DNA of 64,000 bases from an uncultured Flavobacteriaceae bacterium (GCA_963704895.1 CAVPID010000002.1:638752-702751); one strand, 5' to 3'; shown: positions 20,356-29,774, counted from the stretch's first letter. Program-made: numbers and translations. Notes: generated from the sequence alone by a model not told the origin.

Positions 20356-20802
20356 TTAAAATTTATTGAATAAATGATTTAATTGTTCAAGTTCTGAGTC
20401 GGAAAAATTGATTAAAATTTCTTTTTCTGTTTTTTCCAGCACAACGTCCATTTCAGATAGCGCTTTTAATCCTTCTTTAGTAATGGTAATCTCAACTTTG
20501 CGCCGGTTAGACATGCATACTATCCTGTCTACATAGCCCTTGTTCATTAATTTATCCACCAAACGCGTGGTATTACTCATTTTGCTTACCATTCTCTCAT
20601 TTAAAGTCGATAGATTGGCGGGTTTACTCTGCTGACCTCTCAGTATGCGCAGGACATTAAATTGTTGCGTCGAAATTCCAAAAGGTTTAAGGGCATGTGA
20701 GAAACTTTCAGATACCTTATTATGTATTAATATTAAATGAATAATAGTTCTGCTTCTTAAGGGGATTTTCTTATCGGTCTTTATTACAGCCTCTACATTC
20801 AT
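20356..20802 (-). CDS. MarR-family transcriptional regulator
   Basis: 148 aa winged-HTH protein (QQFNVLRILRG...STLNERMVSKMSNTTRLVDKLMNKGYV). First gene of the MarR-nitroreductase-YceI unit. Confidence 0.85.
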   Translation of the reverse strand: MNVEAVIKTDKKIPLRSRTIIHLILIHNKVSESFSHALKPFGISTQQFNVLRILRGQQSKPANLSTLNERMVSKMSNTTRLVDKLMNKGYVDRIVCMSNRRKVEITITKEGLKALSEMDVVLEKTEKEILINFSDSELEQLNHLFNKF

Positions 20803-20813
20803 GTACTTACAAT

Positions 20814-20829
20814 ATTTGTATATACAAAT
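20814..20829. promoter_or_regulatory. Perfect 16-bp palindrome ATTTGTATATACAAAT overlapping the marR -7 box (candidate MarR operator)
   Basis: Read directly from the sequence. The minus-strand TACATTTG (-7-type box) is at 20832..20825, and the marR ATG is at 20802. Confidence 0.4.
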
Positions 20830-21113
20830 GTATATATATCATTAATTAACGTCAACTTTTATGTAGATAAAATTTTGTTAAATAAATTAAGCCCTATATT
20901 TTATAACCTAATTAGGGCCATCTGCTGGGGTAGTTAGTATTAAGAAATCACCTTGTTTAGTCAAGGCAAACAGGGAAATATGATGGGTGATTAGAAAATT
21001 TCATGAGAACCATTAAGGATATTTGGTAATACACAAAACTGCAAAGCTATAAATATTTGCAAAAAAGGTTGGAGTTCGTACCTTAGCCACAATAACAATA
21101 GAACAAAAATAAA

Positions 21114-21422
21114 ATGGCAGATTTATCACAAGAAGAATGGGTTGAAAAGTTGGAAAATGATGAAAACGCCTTTATTCTGGATGTTAGAACTCCGGAAGAA
21201 GCAGATCAGGGACAGATTCCTGAGTCGACCACTCTAAATATTTATTTAGGGCAAGAATTTTTGGCGGAGCTGGAGAAATTGGATAAATCTAAGAATTATT
21301 ATGTGTACTGCAGATCTGGCCAGCGAAGCCGGCAGGCTTGTGCTATTATGAATAGTATAGGTATTCCAAATGCTTACAACCTTATGGGAGGCATACTGGA
21401 ATGGAAAGGTGATATAATCTAA
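21114..21422 (+). CDS. Rhodanese-like domain protein
   Basis: 102 aa with the active-site loop YCRSGQRS. Confidence 0.85.
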   Translation: MADLSQEEWVEKLENDENAFILDVRTPEEADQGQIPESTTLNIYLGQEFLAELEKLDKSKNYYVYCRSGQRSRQACAIMNSIGIPNAYNLMGGILEWKGDII

Positions 21423-21445
21423 TGATCGGAATCCTTTAATGCTGC

Positions 21446-21474
21446 ATCCCACTTTCAGTGGGATCTTTTATTTT
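21446..21474 (+). terminator. Terminator after the rhodanese gene
   Basis: ATCCCAC-TTTCA-GTGGGAT followed by CTTTTATTTT. Confidence 0.6.
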
Positions 21475-21480
21475 AGGTGC

Positions 21481-22761
21481 ATGCGTGAAGATCTCATACA
21501 CTACATCTGGAAAAATGGAAAAATTCCGTTTGTAAATCTATACACCTCAAGGCGGAAAGCACTACAAATAATATCCCTGGGAATTCATAATTATGATTCA
21601 GGACCTGATTTTTTTCATGCTCAATTGGAAATTGATGGACAACTTTGGGTGGGAAATGTAGAAATCCATGTAAAATCTTCTGACTGGTATGCACATCAGC
21701 ACAATTTGGATACTAATTATGACAATGTAATTTTACATGTAGTTTGGGAAGAAGATAAAGTGGTGTATAGGAAAAACAGGGAAGAAATACCTGCTCTGGA
21801 GCTTAAAAATTTTATACCGGGCTCTGTACTCACTAATTATTATAAATTATTTAAGTCATCCAAAGATAACTTTATCAATTGCGAAAATGACTTAAATTCT
21901 ATTGATAACTTTAAATTTTCATCTTGGTTGGAACGGCTATATTTTGAGAGGCTGGAAGAGAAATCTAATGAAATCAACAAGTTGCTGATAGAAGCTAAAA
22001 ACGATTGGGAAAAAGTACTTTTCATTCTATTATTGAAAAATTTTGGACTAAAATTAAACAGCGAGGCTTTTTTAAGTCTTGGAAGAGCCCTGGAATTTGG
22101 GATTGTCCGGAAGTTAATGCCTAATGTTTTTCAGTTGGAAAGTGTTCTTTTTGGATTAGCAGGGCTGCTGGATAATGTATCTTCCAAGGATAAGGTTTTA
22201 AACCAAATGAAGGTGGAATATTTTTATTTGAGGGATAAATTCAGGATTAAAGAGGAGGGTGTCCAGAGTCCGTCTTTTTTTAGATTACGCCCGGCCAACT
22301 TTCCTACTATCCGTTTATCACAACTTGCAAATTTATATGTCAATCGCCCGCAATTATTTGGCGCTATTATGACTATAAAAGAGATCTCCCAGGCTTATGA
22401 AATATTCAATATATCCACCAGCAATTATTGGAAAAACCACTATGTTTTTGGTAAGTTATCAACTAAAAGGGAAAATAAACTCACCAGGAATTTTATTAAT
22501 TTATTGCTTATAAATACTATACTCCCGATGATTTTTTGTTTTTCCAAATGGCAAGGGATAGATGTTAGTTCAAGGATAATTTCGATTATAAACACACTAA
22601 AAAGAGAGGATAATAAAATTATTAGAAAATTTAATAATCTTGGAGTTAATTGCAGCAATGCTATGGATAGCCAGGCCATACTACAACTTTACAATACGTA
22701 TTGTACAAAAAATAGATGTCTGGAATGTGTTGTAGGCGATAGTTTATTAAAAGGAAAATAG
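21481..22761 (+). CDS. DUF2851-family protein
   Basis: The track ORF starts at 21439 inside the terminator. ATG 21481 (MREDLIHYIWKNGKIP...) matches the usual DUF2851 N-terminus. Confidence 0.7.
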   Translation: MREDLIHYIWKNGKIPFVNLYTSRRKALQIISLGIHNYDSGPDFFHAQLEIDGQLWVGNVEIHVKSSDWYAHQHNLDTNYDNVILHVVWEEDKVVYRKNREEIPALELKNFIPGSVLTNYYKLFKSSKDNFINCENDLNSIDNFKFSSWLERLYFERLEEKSNEINKLLIEAKNDWEKVLFILLLKNFGLKLNSEAFLSLGRALEFGIVRKLMPNVFQLESVLFGLAGLLDNVSSKDKVLNQMKVEYFYLRDKFRIKEEGVQSPSFFRLRPANFPTIRLSQLANLYVNRPQLFGAIMTIKEISQAYEIFNISTSNYWKNHYVFGKLSTKRENKLTRNFINLLLINTILPMIFCFSKWQGIDVSSRIISIINTLKREDNKIIRKFNNLGVNCSNAMDSQAILQLYNTYCTKNRCLECVVGDSLLKGK

Positions 22762-22773
22762 TATTTTTAAAAA

Positions 22774-23001
22774 ATGAATATTTTCTATCACCTTTTATAT
22801 TATTTTCAAAAACGCGGCTTTGAAGTGTGCAGGCGAATCGCGGAGAGTCTTGGTATTAGGGCACGTGTTGTAAGAACCACTTTTATCTACCTAACGTTTG
22901 TAACTTTGGGGTTTGGTTTTGCATTATACCTGTTTTTAGCATTTTGGTTGGGAATAAAGGATTTGATCTATACCAAAAGGAATTCGGTTTTTGATCTTTA
23001 G
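22774..23001 (+). CDS. PspC-domain membrane protein
   Basis: 75 aa. RIAESLGIRARVVRTTFIYLTF plus a TM helix resembles the PspC domain. Confidence 0.6.
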   Translation: MNIFYHLLYYFQKRGFEVCRRIAESLGIRARVVRTTFIYLTFVTLGFGFALYLFLAFWLGIKDLIYTKRNSVFDL

Positions 23002-23003
23002 AT

Positions 23004-24011
23004 ATGATAAGACTTTTTCGCTCTAAAATTTACATCGCAATAGCATTGATGCTGTCAGTATTACTGGCAGGGACCTTGGGATATCATTTTATAGCCGAAT
23101 TATCTTGGTTGAATGCCATTTATATGACCATAATAACGGTTACAACCGTTGGATTTAACGAAGTTGGACCTTTGGAAACGGAAGGTAAAATATTTACAAT
23201 TTTTTTAATAATATCCAGTGTTTTTATATTTGCTTATGCCATTTCTGTGATTACAGAATATTTATTCAGCAAAAATCAATTACAGTTACTAAAAACAAAA
23301 AAGGTAAAAAAAATGATCAACAATTTATCCAATCATGTTATTATTTGTGGATATGGACGAAATGGAATGCAAGCGGTGGAACGACTTAAAGCATACAAAA
23401 AACCTTTTGTAGTTATTGAAAGGGACAAAGATATTATTGAAAAATATGAAGTGGATGTCTTGTTTGTGGAGGGTGATGCCAATGAGGATGAAACCTTATT
23501 AACAGCTGGGGTAAAAGATGCTCAATATCTTATCGTTACATTACCGGACGATGCAGATAATTTATTTGTTGTGTTGTCAGCGCGTCAACTGAATAAACAA
23601 TTATTTATCATAAGCAGGGCTTCTCAGGTTACCTCCCAGCATAAATTGAAATTAGCTGGTGCAGATAGTGTTATCATGCCCGATAAAATTGGAGGTGATC
23701 ATATGGCATCCTTGGTCGTAATACCAGATTTGATAACATTTATGGACAAATTATCTACCGAAGGGGAAAACACTACCAACCTGGAAGAAGTTGCCATTGA
23801 AGATTTTGCAGATCAAATGGAATGTAATTCCTTAAGGGACCTTGATCTTCGAAGAAAAACAGGATGTACCATTATTGGTTATATAGAACCCGATGGGAAT
23901 TATATAATTAATCCTGAAGCCGATTTGCCCTTGGAGCCTAATAGTAAAGTAATCGTATTAGGAAGGCCAGAGCAAATTAAAAAGCTAAATGAAATGTTTC
24001 ATATAAACTAA
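23004..24011 (+). CDS. Two-TM ion channel with RCK/TrkA-N and TrkA-C domains (K+ channel family, atypical filter TVGFNE)
   Basis: 335 aa. It has two TM helices, a pore helix, the filter TTVGFNEV, then a Rossmann-type VIICGYGRNG motif and a C-terminal TrkA-C-like domain. Confidence 0.8.
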   Translation: MIRLFRSKIYIAIALMLSVLLAGTLGYHFIAELSWLNAIYMTIITVTTVGFNEVGPLETEGKIFTIFLIISSVFIFAYAISVITEYLFSKNQLQLLKTKKVKKMINNLSNHVIICGYGRNGMQAVERLKAYKKPFVVIERDKDIIEKYEVDVLFVEGDANEDETLLTAGVKDAQYLIVTLPDDADNLFVVLSARQLNKQLFIISRASQVTSQHKLKLAGADSVIMPDKIGGDHMASLVVIPDLITFMDKLSTEGENTTNLEEVAIEDFADQMECNSLRDLDLRRKTGCTIIGYIEPDGNYIINPEADLPLEPNSKVIVLGRPEQIKKLNEMFHIN

Positions 24012-24100
24012 AACCCGATCAAATAATTATATTTTTTAGTATTACTATTTTTTAGGATATTGCCGCTATAACAGACCAAATAAAACCAAAAACAACTCTT

Positions 24101-25711
24101 ATGAAGTACAGACTTCTTTCAATTTTAACCCTATTACTACCAATTTTAACATTTGCTCAGGATAAAGGACTTGATGAAAAGGTGAATGATGCATTTATGC
24201 CAGTTGCTGTTTGGTGGGAAGGTTTTATTCTTACCTCAATTCCCATTGCAGGCTACAATATGCCTTTAGTTCTAATTTTATTAATATTTGGGGCCACTTT
24301 TTTTACAATTTATTTTAAGTTTCCAAATATCACAAAATTTGGATTGGCAATAAATACGGTACGTGGTAAGTATGATGAATTAGACCATCATGGCGTAGAA
24401 AAGGCCGAACTAAATATTGTTGATGGAGATTTGGTCGATACGATTGCCGACGAAAGCAAAGAGGGAGAGGTAAGTCATTTTCAGGCATTGGCTACTGCCG
24501 TTTCCGGAACAGTAGGTCTTGGTAATATAGCGGGAGTAGCTGTAGCTATTGCTCTTGGAGGACCAGGGGCAACTTTTTGGATGATAATTTGTGGTTTAAT
24601 TGGGATGTCTACAAAATTTGTAGAATGTACCCTTGGGGTAAAGTACAGGGATGTAGGTGAAGATGGTACAGTATACGGTGGCCCTATGTATTATTTGTCC
24701 AGAGGATTAAAGGAAAAGGGGTTCACAGGTTTGGGCAAAGTTTTAGCTGCTCTATTTGCTATTTTATGTGTGGGAGCTTCTTTTGGTGGTGGTAACGCGT
24801 TTCAATCTAATCAGGCAGCTGTACAACTGTCTACAATGTTAAATTTGCAGGGCGGAGCTACCGGAGTTATTATTGGCGTAATCCTTGCAATTCTTGTAGG
24901 GATTGTAATCATTGGAGGAATAAAAAAGATTGCCAGTGTGACGGAAAAAATAGTTCCGTTTATGGCTGGTATATACGTTTTGGCTTCGTTGGTTATAATT
25001 TTTGCAAATATTAAATATTTGGGCGAAGCAATAGGGATGATATTTAATGGAGCTTTTACTCCAATGGCCGGTTTAGGGGGTGTTGTAGGGGTAATTATAG
25101 TGGGCTTCCAAAGGGCTGCCTTTTCAAATGAAGCCGGTGCCGGATCTGCTGCAATTGCGCATTCTGCGGTTAAAACAAAGTACCCGGCAAGTGAGGGTGT
25201 TGTAGCTCTTTTGGAACCATTTATAGACACGGTGGTAATATGTACAATGACAGCCTTAGTTATTATTTTCTTCAATATGGATGCAGGGGCCTTTGAATAT
25301 GGCAATGCTGTTAATAGTACTGTTTTAATAACTGAAACGGGTAATTATATAGGAGGAGTCGATTTAACCTCAATGGCTTATGACTCTGTTATTCCCGGAT
25401 TTAGATATATCCTTACTATTGCAATTATTCTTTTTGCATTTTCTACGATGATTTCATGGTCCTATTATGGTCTTCAATCCTGGAAATACCTTTTCGGTCG
25501 AGGTAGAAAAGCAGATGTCGTCTACAAAATTTTATTTTTATTATTTGTAGTTATTGGAGCCGCAGCTACTTTAGATGCCGTAATTAAGTTTTCTGATGCC
25601 ATGATTCTGGCATTGGTGTTTCCCAATATGGTAGGGTTACTGTTTTTATTCCCCAGGGTAAAGGAAGAGCTTAATAAGTATATAGTAGATATAAAAGGTG
25701 TAAGTAAATAA
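24101..25711 (+). CDS. Alanine/glycine:cation symporter (AGCS family)
   Basis: 536 aa polytopic membrane protein with the GGPGATFWM and FSNEAGAGSAAIAH motifs of sodium:alanine symporters. Confidence 0.9.
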   Translation: MKYRLLSILTLLLPILTFAQDKGLDEKVNDAFMPVAVWWEGFILTSIPIAGYNMPLVLILLIFGATFFTIYFKFPNITKFGLAINTVRGKYDELDHHGVEKAELNIVDGDLVDTIADESKEGEVSHFQALATAVSGTVGLGNIAGVAVAIALGGPGATFWMIICGLIGMSTKFVECTLGVKYRDVGEDGTVYGGPMYYLSRGLKEKGFTGLGKVLAALFAILCVGASFGGGNAFQSNQAAVQLSTMLNLQGGATGVIIGVILAILVGIVIIGGIKKIASVTEKIVPFMAGIYVLASLVIIFANIKYLGEAIGMIFNGAFTPMAGLGGVVGVIIVGFQRAAFSNEAGAGSAAIAHSAVKTKYPASEGVVALLEPFIDTVVICTMTALVIIFFNMDAGAFEYGNAVNSTVLITETGNYIGGVDLTSMAYDSVIPGFRYILTIAIILFAFSTMISWSYYGLQSWKYLFGRGRKADVVYKILFLLFVVIGAAATLDAVIKFSDAMILALVFPNMVGLLFLFPRVKEELNKYIVDIKGVSK

Positions 25712-25719
25712 GAATAATC

Positions 25720-26589
25720 TTGAAAAGTTTTAAGTCCCACTTTCAGTTCAACAAACAGGAACGAAGTGGGATTTTCTTTTTACTGTTAATCATTTTCAGC
25801 CTGCAATTGACCTACATGCTTTTAAGAAATGAAAATATTACTAATACTGAGGAAAGCTTTGTATTGGATGTGAAAATTCAACGACAACTCGATTCAATAC
25901 GAGAGCAGGTTAAAATAGAAGATTCACCAAAGGTTTATTCTTTTAATCCAAACTTTATTTCAGATTACAAAGGTTATACCCTAGGGATGTCTAATGAGGA
26001 AATAGACAGATTGCTTTTATTCAGATCTGAAAACAAATGGGTCTATTCCGCAAAAGAATTTCAACAGGTTACGCTCATTTCAGATTCCTTACTACAAATA
26101 ATAGCTCCATTATTCAAATTTCCTGAATGGGCAGATCGACCAAAAAGCAAAATTAAAAAAAGGCAGAAAAAAATGGTAGTAGCTGAGGTTGAACTTAAAG
26201 ACTTAAACCTGGCTACTGCCGAAGAGTTAAAGGCCATTTACGGAATTGGCGTTAAATTATCGGCCAGGATTGTTAAGTTCAGAGACAGGCTGGGCGGCTT
26301 TATGGTAAATGAACAATTATATGATGTATATGGTCTGGAGGAAGAAGTTGTTTTAAGAATAATGGAAGAATTTCAGGTTAAAGAGCAACCCGAAATTGAA
26401 AGAATCAACATTAATACCGCAACAAGAAGAGAGCTGGAACAATTGATTTATATTAATCAAGACCTTGCTTTTCAAATAGTTACTTACAGGGATAGCGTTG
26501 GAATTATCCGTTCATTTAATGAATTAACAAAAATTGAAGATTTCCCGGCAAACAAGATTGATAGAATTAAATTATATTTGTCGCTCTAA
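25720..26589 (+). CDS. ComEA-like helix-hairpin-helix DNA-binding protein
   Basis: 289 aa with a TTG start in the track. N-terminal TM segment and repeated HhH units (LNLATAEELKAIYGIGVKLSARIV, INTATRRELEQLIYINQDLAFQIV). Confidence 0.7.
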   Translation: MKSFKSHFQFNKQERSGIFFLLLIIFSLQLTYMLLRNENITNTEESFVLDVKIQRQLDSIREQVKIEDSPKVYSFNPNFISDYKGYTLGMSNEEIDRLLLFRSENKWVYSAKEFQQVTLISDSLLQIIAPLFKFPEWADRPKSKIKKRQKKMVVAEVELKDLNLATAEELKAIYGIGVKLSARIVKFRDRLGGFMVNEQLYDVYGLEEEVVLRIMEEFQVKEQPEIERININTATRRELEQLIYINQDLAFQIVTYRDSVGIIRSFNELTKIEDFPANKIDRIKLYLSL

Positions 26590-26601
26590 AAAATTGCAAT
26601 A

Positions 26602-27765
26602 ATGGCTACAGACACTATGTCTATTATTAGTTTTGATTATTCTGAGACGCAACACCATGTTGCCGAGTCTGCTAAGAAATTTGCAGAACAATACATAAGG
26701 CCTCACATTATGGAGTGGGATGAATCTCAGTTTTTCCCGGCAGATCTTCTTAAAAAAGCCGGAGAATATGGCTTTATGGGTGTATTGGTGCCTCAAGAAT
26801 TGGGCGGAGCCGGTTTAGGTTATCATGAGTATATTGCCATCATTGAAGAGATATCAAAAGTGGATCCATCAATTGGCCTGTCTATAGCCGCTCATAATTC
26901 TTTATGTACTAATCATATATTATCTTTTGCGAATCATGAGCAAAAACAAAGATGGATTCCCAAACTTGCTACCGGAGAGTGGATTGGTGCCTGGGGATTA
27001 ACAGAGCATAATACTGGTTCAGATGCCGGTGGAATGAGTACGACCGCAATTAAAGATGGAGATGATTGGGTTCTAAACGGAGCAAAAAATTTTATCACCC
27101 ATGGTATAAGTGGAGATATTGCCGTTGTAATAGCAAGAACAGGGGAGAAAGGAGATAGTCATGGGATGACTGCTTTTGTTATTGAAAAGGGGACATCAGG
27201 TTTTAGCAGTGGTAAGAAAGAGAATAAATTAGGAATGCGTGCCAGTGAAACGGCAGAATTAATTTTTAATAATTGCAGGATTCCAGATTGCCAGAGACTT
27301 GGCGAAATAGGCGATGGCTTTATTCAGTCTATGAAGGTTTTAGATGGTGGACGCATATCGATAGGAGCTCTATCTCTTGGAATAGCAAAAGGTGCCTATG
27401 AAGCTTCGCTAAAGTATTCCAAGGAACGTGTTCAATTTGGCAAGCCCATTAGTTCGTTTCAGGGAATTTCATTTAAACTGGCAGATATGGCTACGGAAAT
27501 AGAGGCTTCTGAATTATTACTGCACAAGGCTGCTTTTCTGAAAAATGAGGGTCGTAAAATGACCAAAATAAGTGCAATGGCAAAAATGTATGCATCCGAA
27601 GTCTGTGTAAAGGTTGCGAATGAAGCGGTTCAGATTCATGGGGGTTATGGTTATACCAAAGATTTCCCGGTAGAAAAATTTTACAGGGACGCAAAGCTTT
27701 GCACCATAGGAGAAGGTACCACGGAAATCCAAAAAATAGTTATAGCAAAGAATATTTTAAAATAA
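26602..27765 (+). CDS. Acyl-CoA dehydrogenase
   Basis: 387 aa with ACAD motifs (GAWGLTEHNTGSDAGG, QIHGGYGYTKDFPVEKFYRDAKL..IGEGT.EIQ). Confidence 0.93.
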   Translation: MATDTMSIISFDYSETQHHVAESAKKFAEQYIRPHIMEWDESQFFPADLLKKAGEYGFMGVLVPQELGGAGLGYHEYIAIIEEISKVDPSIGLSIAAHNSLCTNHILSFANHEQKQRWIPKLATGEWIGAWGLTEHNTGSDAGGMSTTAIKDGDDWVLNGAKNFITHGISGDIAVVIARTGEKGDSHGMTAFVIEKGTSGFSSGKKENKLGMRASETAELIFNNCRIPDCQRLGEIGDGFIQSMKVLDGGRISIGALSLGIAKGAYEASLKYSKERVQFGKPISSFQGISFKLADMATEIEASELLLHKAAFLKNEGRKMTKISAMAKMYASEVCVKVANEAVQIHGGYGYTKDFPVEKFYRDAKLCTIGEGTTEIQKIVIAKNILK

Positions 27766-27820
27766 TTAGCTAACATTTAATTTATTCATTCTATATTTGC
27801 ACTCGGAAAATCATTAAAGA

Positions 27821-27828
27821 AAGGAGGT
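27821..27828 (+). promoter_or_regulatory. Strong Shine-Dalgarno AAGGAGGT, 8 nt upstream of the rpsU ATG
   Basis: Read directly from the sequence. The other start codons I inspected in the window have A/T-rich leaders and no GGAGG. A TATATTTG -7 box lies at 27792..27799. Confidence 0.6.
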
Positions 27829-27836
27829 TGTAGCCT

Positions 27837-28031
27837 ATGTTGATAATACCAGTAAAAGAAGGAGAAAATATAGACAGAGCTTTAAAACGTTTTAAACGGA
27901 AGTTCGATCGTACAGGTACAATGCGTCAGTTGAGAAAACGTCAGCAGTTTACCAAGCCTTCAGTAGAAAGAAGACAACAAATTCAGAAAGCGCAGTATAT
28001 TCAAGGTCTAAGGGATCAGGAAGAAATATAA
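27837..28031 (+). CDS. rpsU: 30S ribosomal protein S21
   Basis: 64 aa. ENIDRALKRFKRKFDRTGTMRQLRKRQ is typical of bS21. Confidence 0.95.
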   Translation: MLIIPVKEGENIDRALKRFKRKFDRTGTMRQLRKRQQFTKPSVERRQQIQKAQYIQGLRDQEEI

Positions 28032-28056
28032 TAAATAGCTTTTTAACATTTTAAAC

Positions 28057-28091
28057 TCCCGTTGCGATAACAATCGAGACGGGATTTTTTT
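28057..28091 (+). terminator. Terminator after rpsU
   Basis: TCCCGT ... ACGGGA stem followed by T7. Confidence 0.6.
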
Positions 28092-28120
28092 ATGCAAATA
28101 ACTAAAGGTAACTTTGTGAT

Positions 28121-29011
28121 ATGTCTTTAACTGCTTTTATATCCTATCTTACTTATGAGAAGAACTATTCACCTAATACAGTGAAGGCATACGAAAAGGA
28201 TATTCGGGGATTTTCGGATTTTTGTTGCAGGGAATACGATTTGAAGCAAATAGATAAGGCAGAGTACAATTTGATAAGAGGATGGGTAGTTCAAATGGTA
28301 ACTGAGGGAATATCTAACAGATCTGTTAACCGGAAAATAGCCTCGCTTAAGGCTTATTACAAGTTTTTATTGAAGACCGACAATATTCAGGTTAATCCGC
28401 TGGCTAAGCATAAAGCTCTAAAGACGCCTACGAAAATTGAAGTCCCTTTTTCTGAGGCAGAAATGGAAATGCTTTTGCAACAAGTTCATTTTGAACATGG
28501 ATTTGAAGGCAGCAGGGATAGGTTGATCATAGAATTACTATACACCACAGGAATAAGGCGGGCAGAACTCATCAATCTTAAATTAAAGGATATTGAATTG
28601 TCTCAAAAAACGATGAAAGTATTGGGTAAAAGAAATAAGGAACGAATTGTTCCGCTCTTGGACTCAACCATAAATTTGTTTGAGATATATTTAGATGAAA
28701 GAATGAAGTTAGATTCCATAAAGGAAAGCGACTATATTTTTCTTTCCAAATCCGGGATTAAAATTTATGAAACACTTGTTTATAGAATTATTAATGGGTA
28801 TTTTAGTAAGGTCTCTTCTAAAGTCAAAAAGAGTCCGCATATACTTAGGCATACCTTCGCCACACACCTGCTTAACAAAGGAGCAGATTTAAATTCGGTG
28901 AAGGAATTATTAGGTCATACTAGTTTGGCATCTACTCAAGTATACACGCACAATAGTATTGCCGAATTAAAAAAAGTACATGCCGCTGCTCATCCAAGGA
29001 GCAAGAAATAG
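28121..29011 (+). CDS. Tyrosine recombinase, XerC/XerD-like
   Basis: 296 aa with an N-terminal SAM-like domain and catalytic R...HILRHTFATHLL...GH....TQVYTH residues. It sits in the conserved rpsU-xer-hpf housekeeping context. Confidence 0.85.
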   Translation: MSLTAFISYLTYEKNYSPNTVKAYEKDIRGFSDFCCREYDLKQIDKAEYNLIRGWVVQMVTEGISNRSVNRKIASLKAYYKFLLKTDNIQVNPLAKHKALKTPTKIEVPFSEAEMEMLLQQVHFEHGFEGSRDRLIIELLYTTGIRRAELINLKLKDIELSQKTMKVLGKRNKERIVPLLDSTINLFEIYLDERMKLDSIKESDYIFLSKSGIKIYETLVYRIINGYFSKVSSKVKKSPHILRHTFATHLLNKGADLNSVKELLGHTSLASTQVYTHNSIAELKKVHAAAHPRSKK

Positions 29012-29053
29012 TATAACGTTCTTTTCTATTGTTTAACCTAAAACATTCAACTT

Positions 29054-29371
29054 ATGAAGGTAAATACACAAGCTGTGAATTTTAATGCAGATTTAAAACT
29101 TCTAAATTTTATTCAATCGCGTTTAGACAAACTGGAACTTTTTTATGATAAGATTGTCAGTTCTGATGTGTATTTAAAGGTTGAAAATACCAGTGAAAAG
29201 GAAAATAAAATTGTTGAGATTAAGCTGCATATTCCAAAAGATATGTTTGTGGTAAAAAAACAATGTAAATCTTTTGAGGAGGCAATTGATTCTGCATGTA
29301 GTTCATTGGAGAGAAAATTGGTTAAAAAGAAGAAAAAACCAAGGTTCCAACCCTCTTTAAAATTTTTATAA
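29054..29371 (+). CDS. hpf: Ribosome hibernation promoting factor (HPF/RaiA family)
   Basis: 105 aa of typical short-HPF sequence with a Lys-rich tail. Confidence 0.85.
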   Translation: MKVNTQAVNFNADLKLLNFIQSRLDKLELFYDKIVSSDVYLKVENTSEKENKIVEIKLHIPKDMFVVKKQCKSFEEAIDSACSSLERKLVKKKKKPRFQPSLKFL

Positions 29372-29408
29372 AATAGTTTTGATTAAAAAAATAATTATCT
29401 ACATTTGC

Positions 29409-29435
29409 AGTCCGTTAGAAATAGCGGACTTTTTT
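29409..29435 (+). terminator. Hairpin + T5 after hpf, overlapping a possible promoter for the tRNA/tuf cluster
   Basis: AGTCCG ... CGGACT followed by TTTTT. Just upstream are TTTG (29378..29381), 18 nt, then TACATTTG (29400..29407), which looks like a -33/-7 promoter pair. Confidence 0.5.
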
Positions 29436-29456
29436 ATGCTTTAAAAGGCTTAAAAA

Positions 29457-29530
29457 GCCGATGTAGCTCAGCTGGCTAGAGCAGCTGATTTGTAATCAGC
29501 AGGTCGTGGGTTCGAGTCCCTCCATCGGCT
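29457..29530 (+). tRNA. tRNA-Thr (anticodon TGT)
   Basis: Hand-folded cloverleaf: acceptor GCCGATG/CATCGGC, anticodon stem GCTGA/TCAGC with loop TTTGTAA. There is one T-T mismatch in the T stem (50:64). No encoded CCA. Confidence 0.9.
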
Positions 29531-29555
29531 CGTAAGAACATAAAATAGCAAGGAG

Positions 29556-29637
29556 GGGGAGATACTCAAGCGGCCAACGAGGACAGACTGTAAATCTGTT
29601 GGTTTTACCTTCGCAGGTTCGAATCCTGCTCTCCCCA
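29556..29637 (+). tRNA. tRNA-Tyr (anticodon GTA), long variable arm
   Basis: Acceptor GGGGAGA/TCTCCCC, anticodon loop CTGTAAA, T arm GCAGG-TTCGAAT-CCTGC. Confidence 0.9.
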
Positions 29638-29774
29638 CAACTGGTTTTTGAGAGCGGTGTTGTGAATAATGCTTATGTTTATCTAAAACCAGGTAAATTT
29701 AGAGTCGGGTTTTATACTCAATTCGGTACTGGAAAATGTTCAGTAAAATTGTTGAAATATTGTAAAATAAAATT

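Noticed and set aside
24811-25305. A 164-aa minus-strand ORF inside the symporter gene.
   Set aside because: It is an antisense shadow of a Gly/Ala/Ile-rich membrane protein gene and has no independent support. The same applies to 36724..37314, 35635..36003 and other antisense ORFs within rpoB and rpoC.
28121-29011. The tyrosine recombinase as a marker of an integrated mobile element next to the tRNA genes.
   Set aside because: It sits in the conserved rpsU-xer-hpf housekeeping arrangement. There are no flanking direct repeats, no duplicated tRNA 3' end and no phage or transposon cargo. It is more likely a chromosomal Xer-type recombinase.
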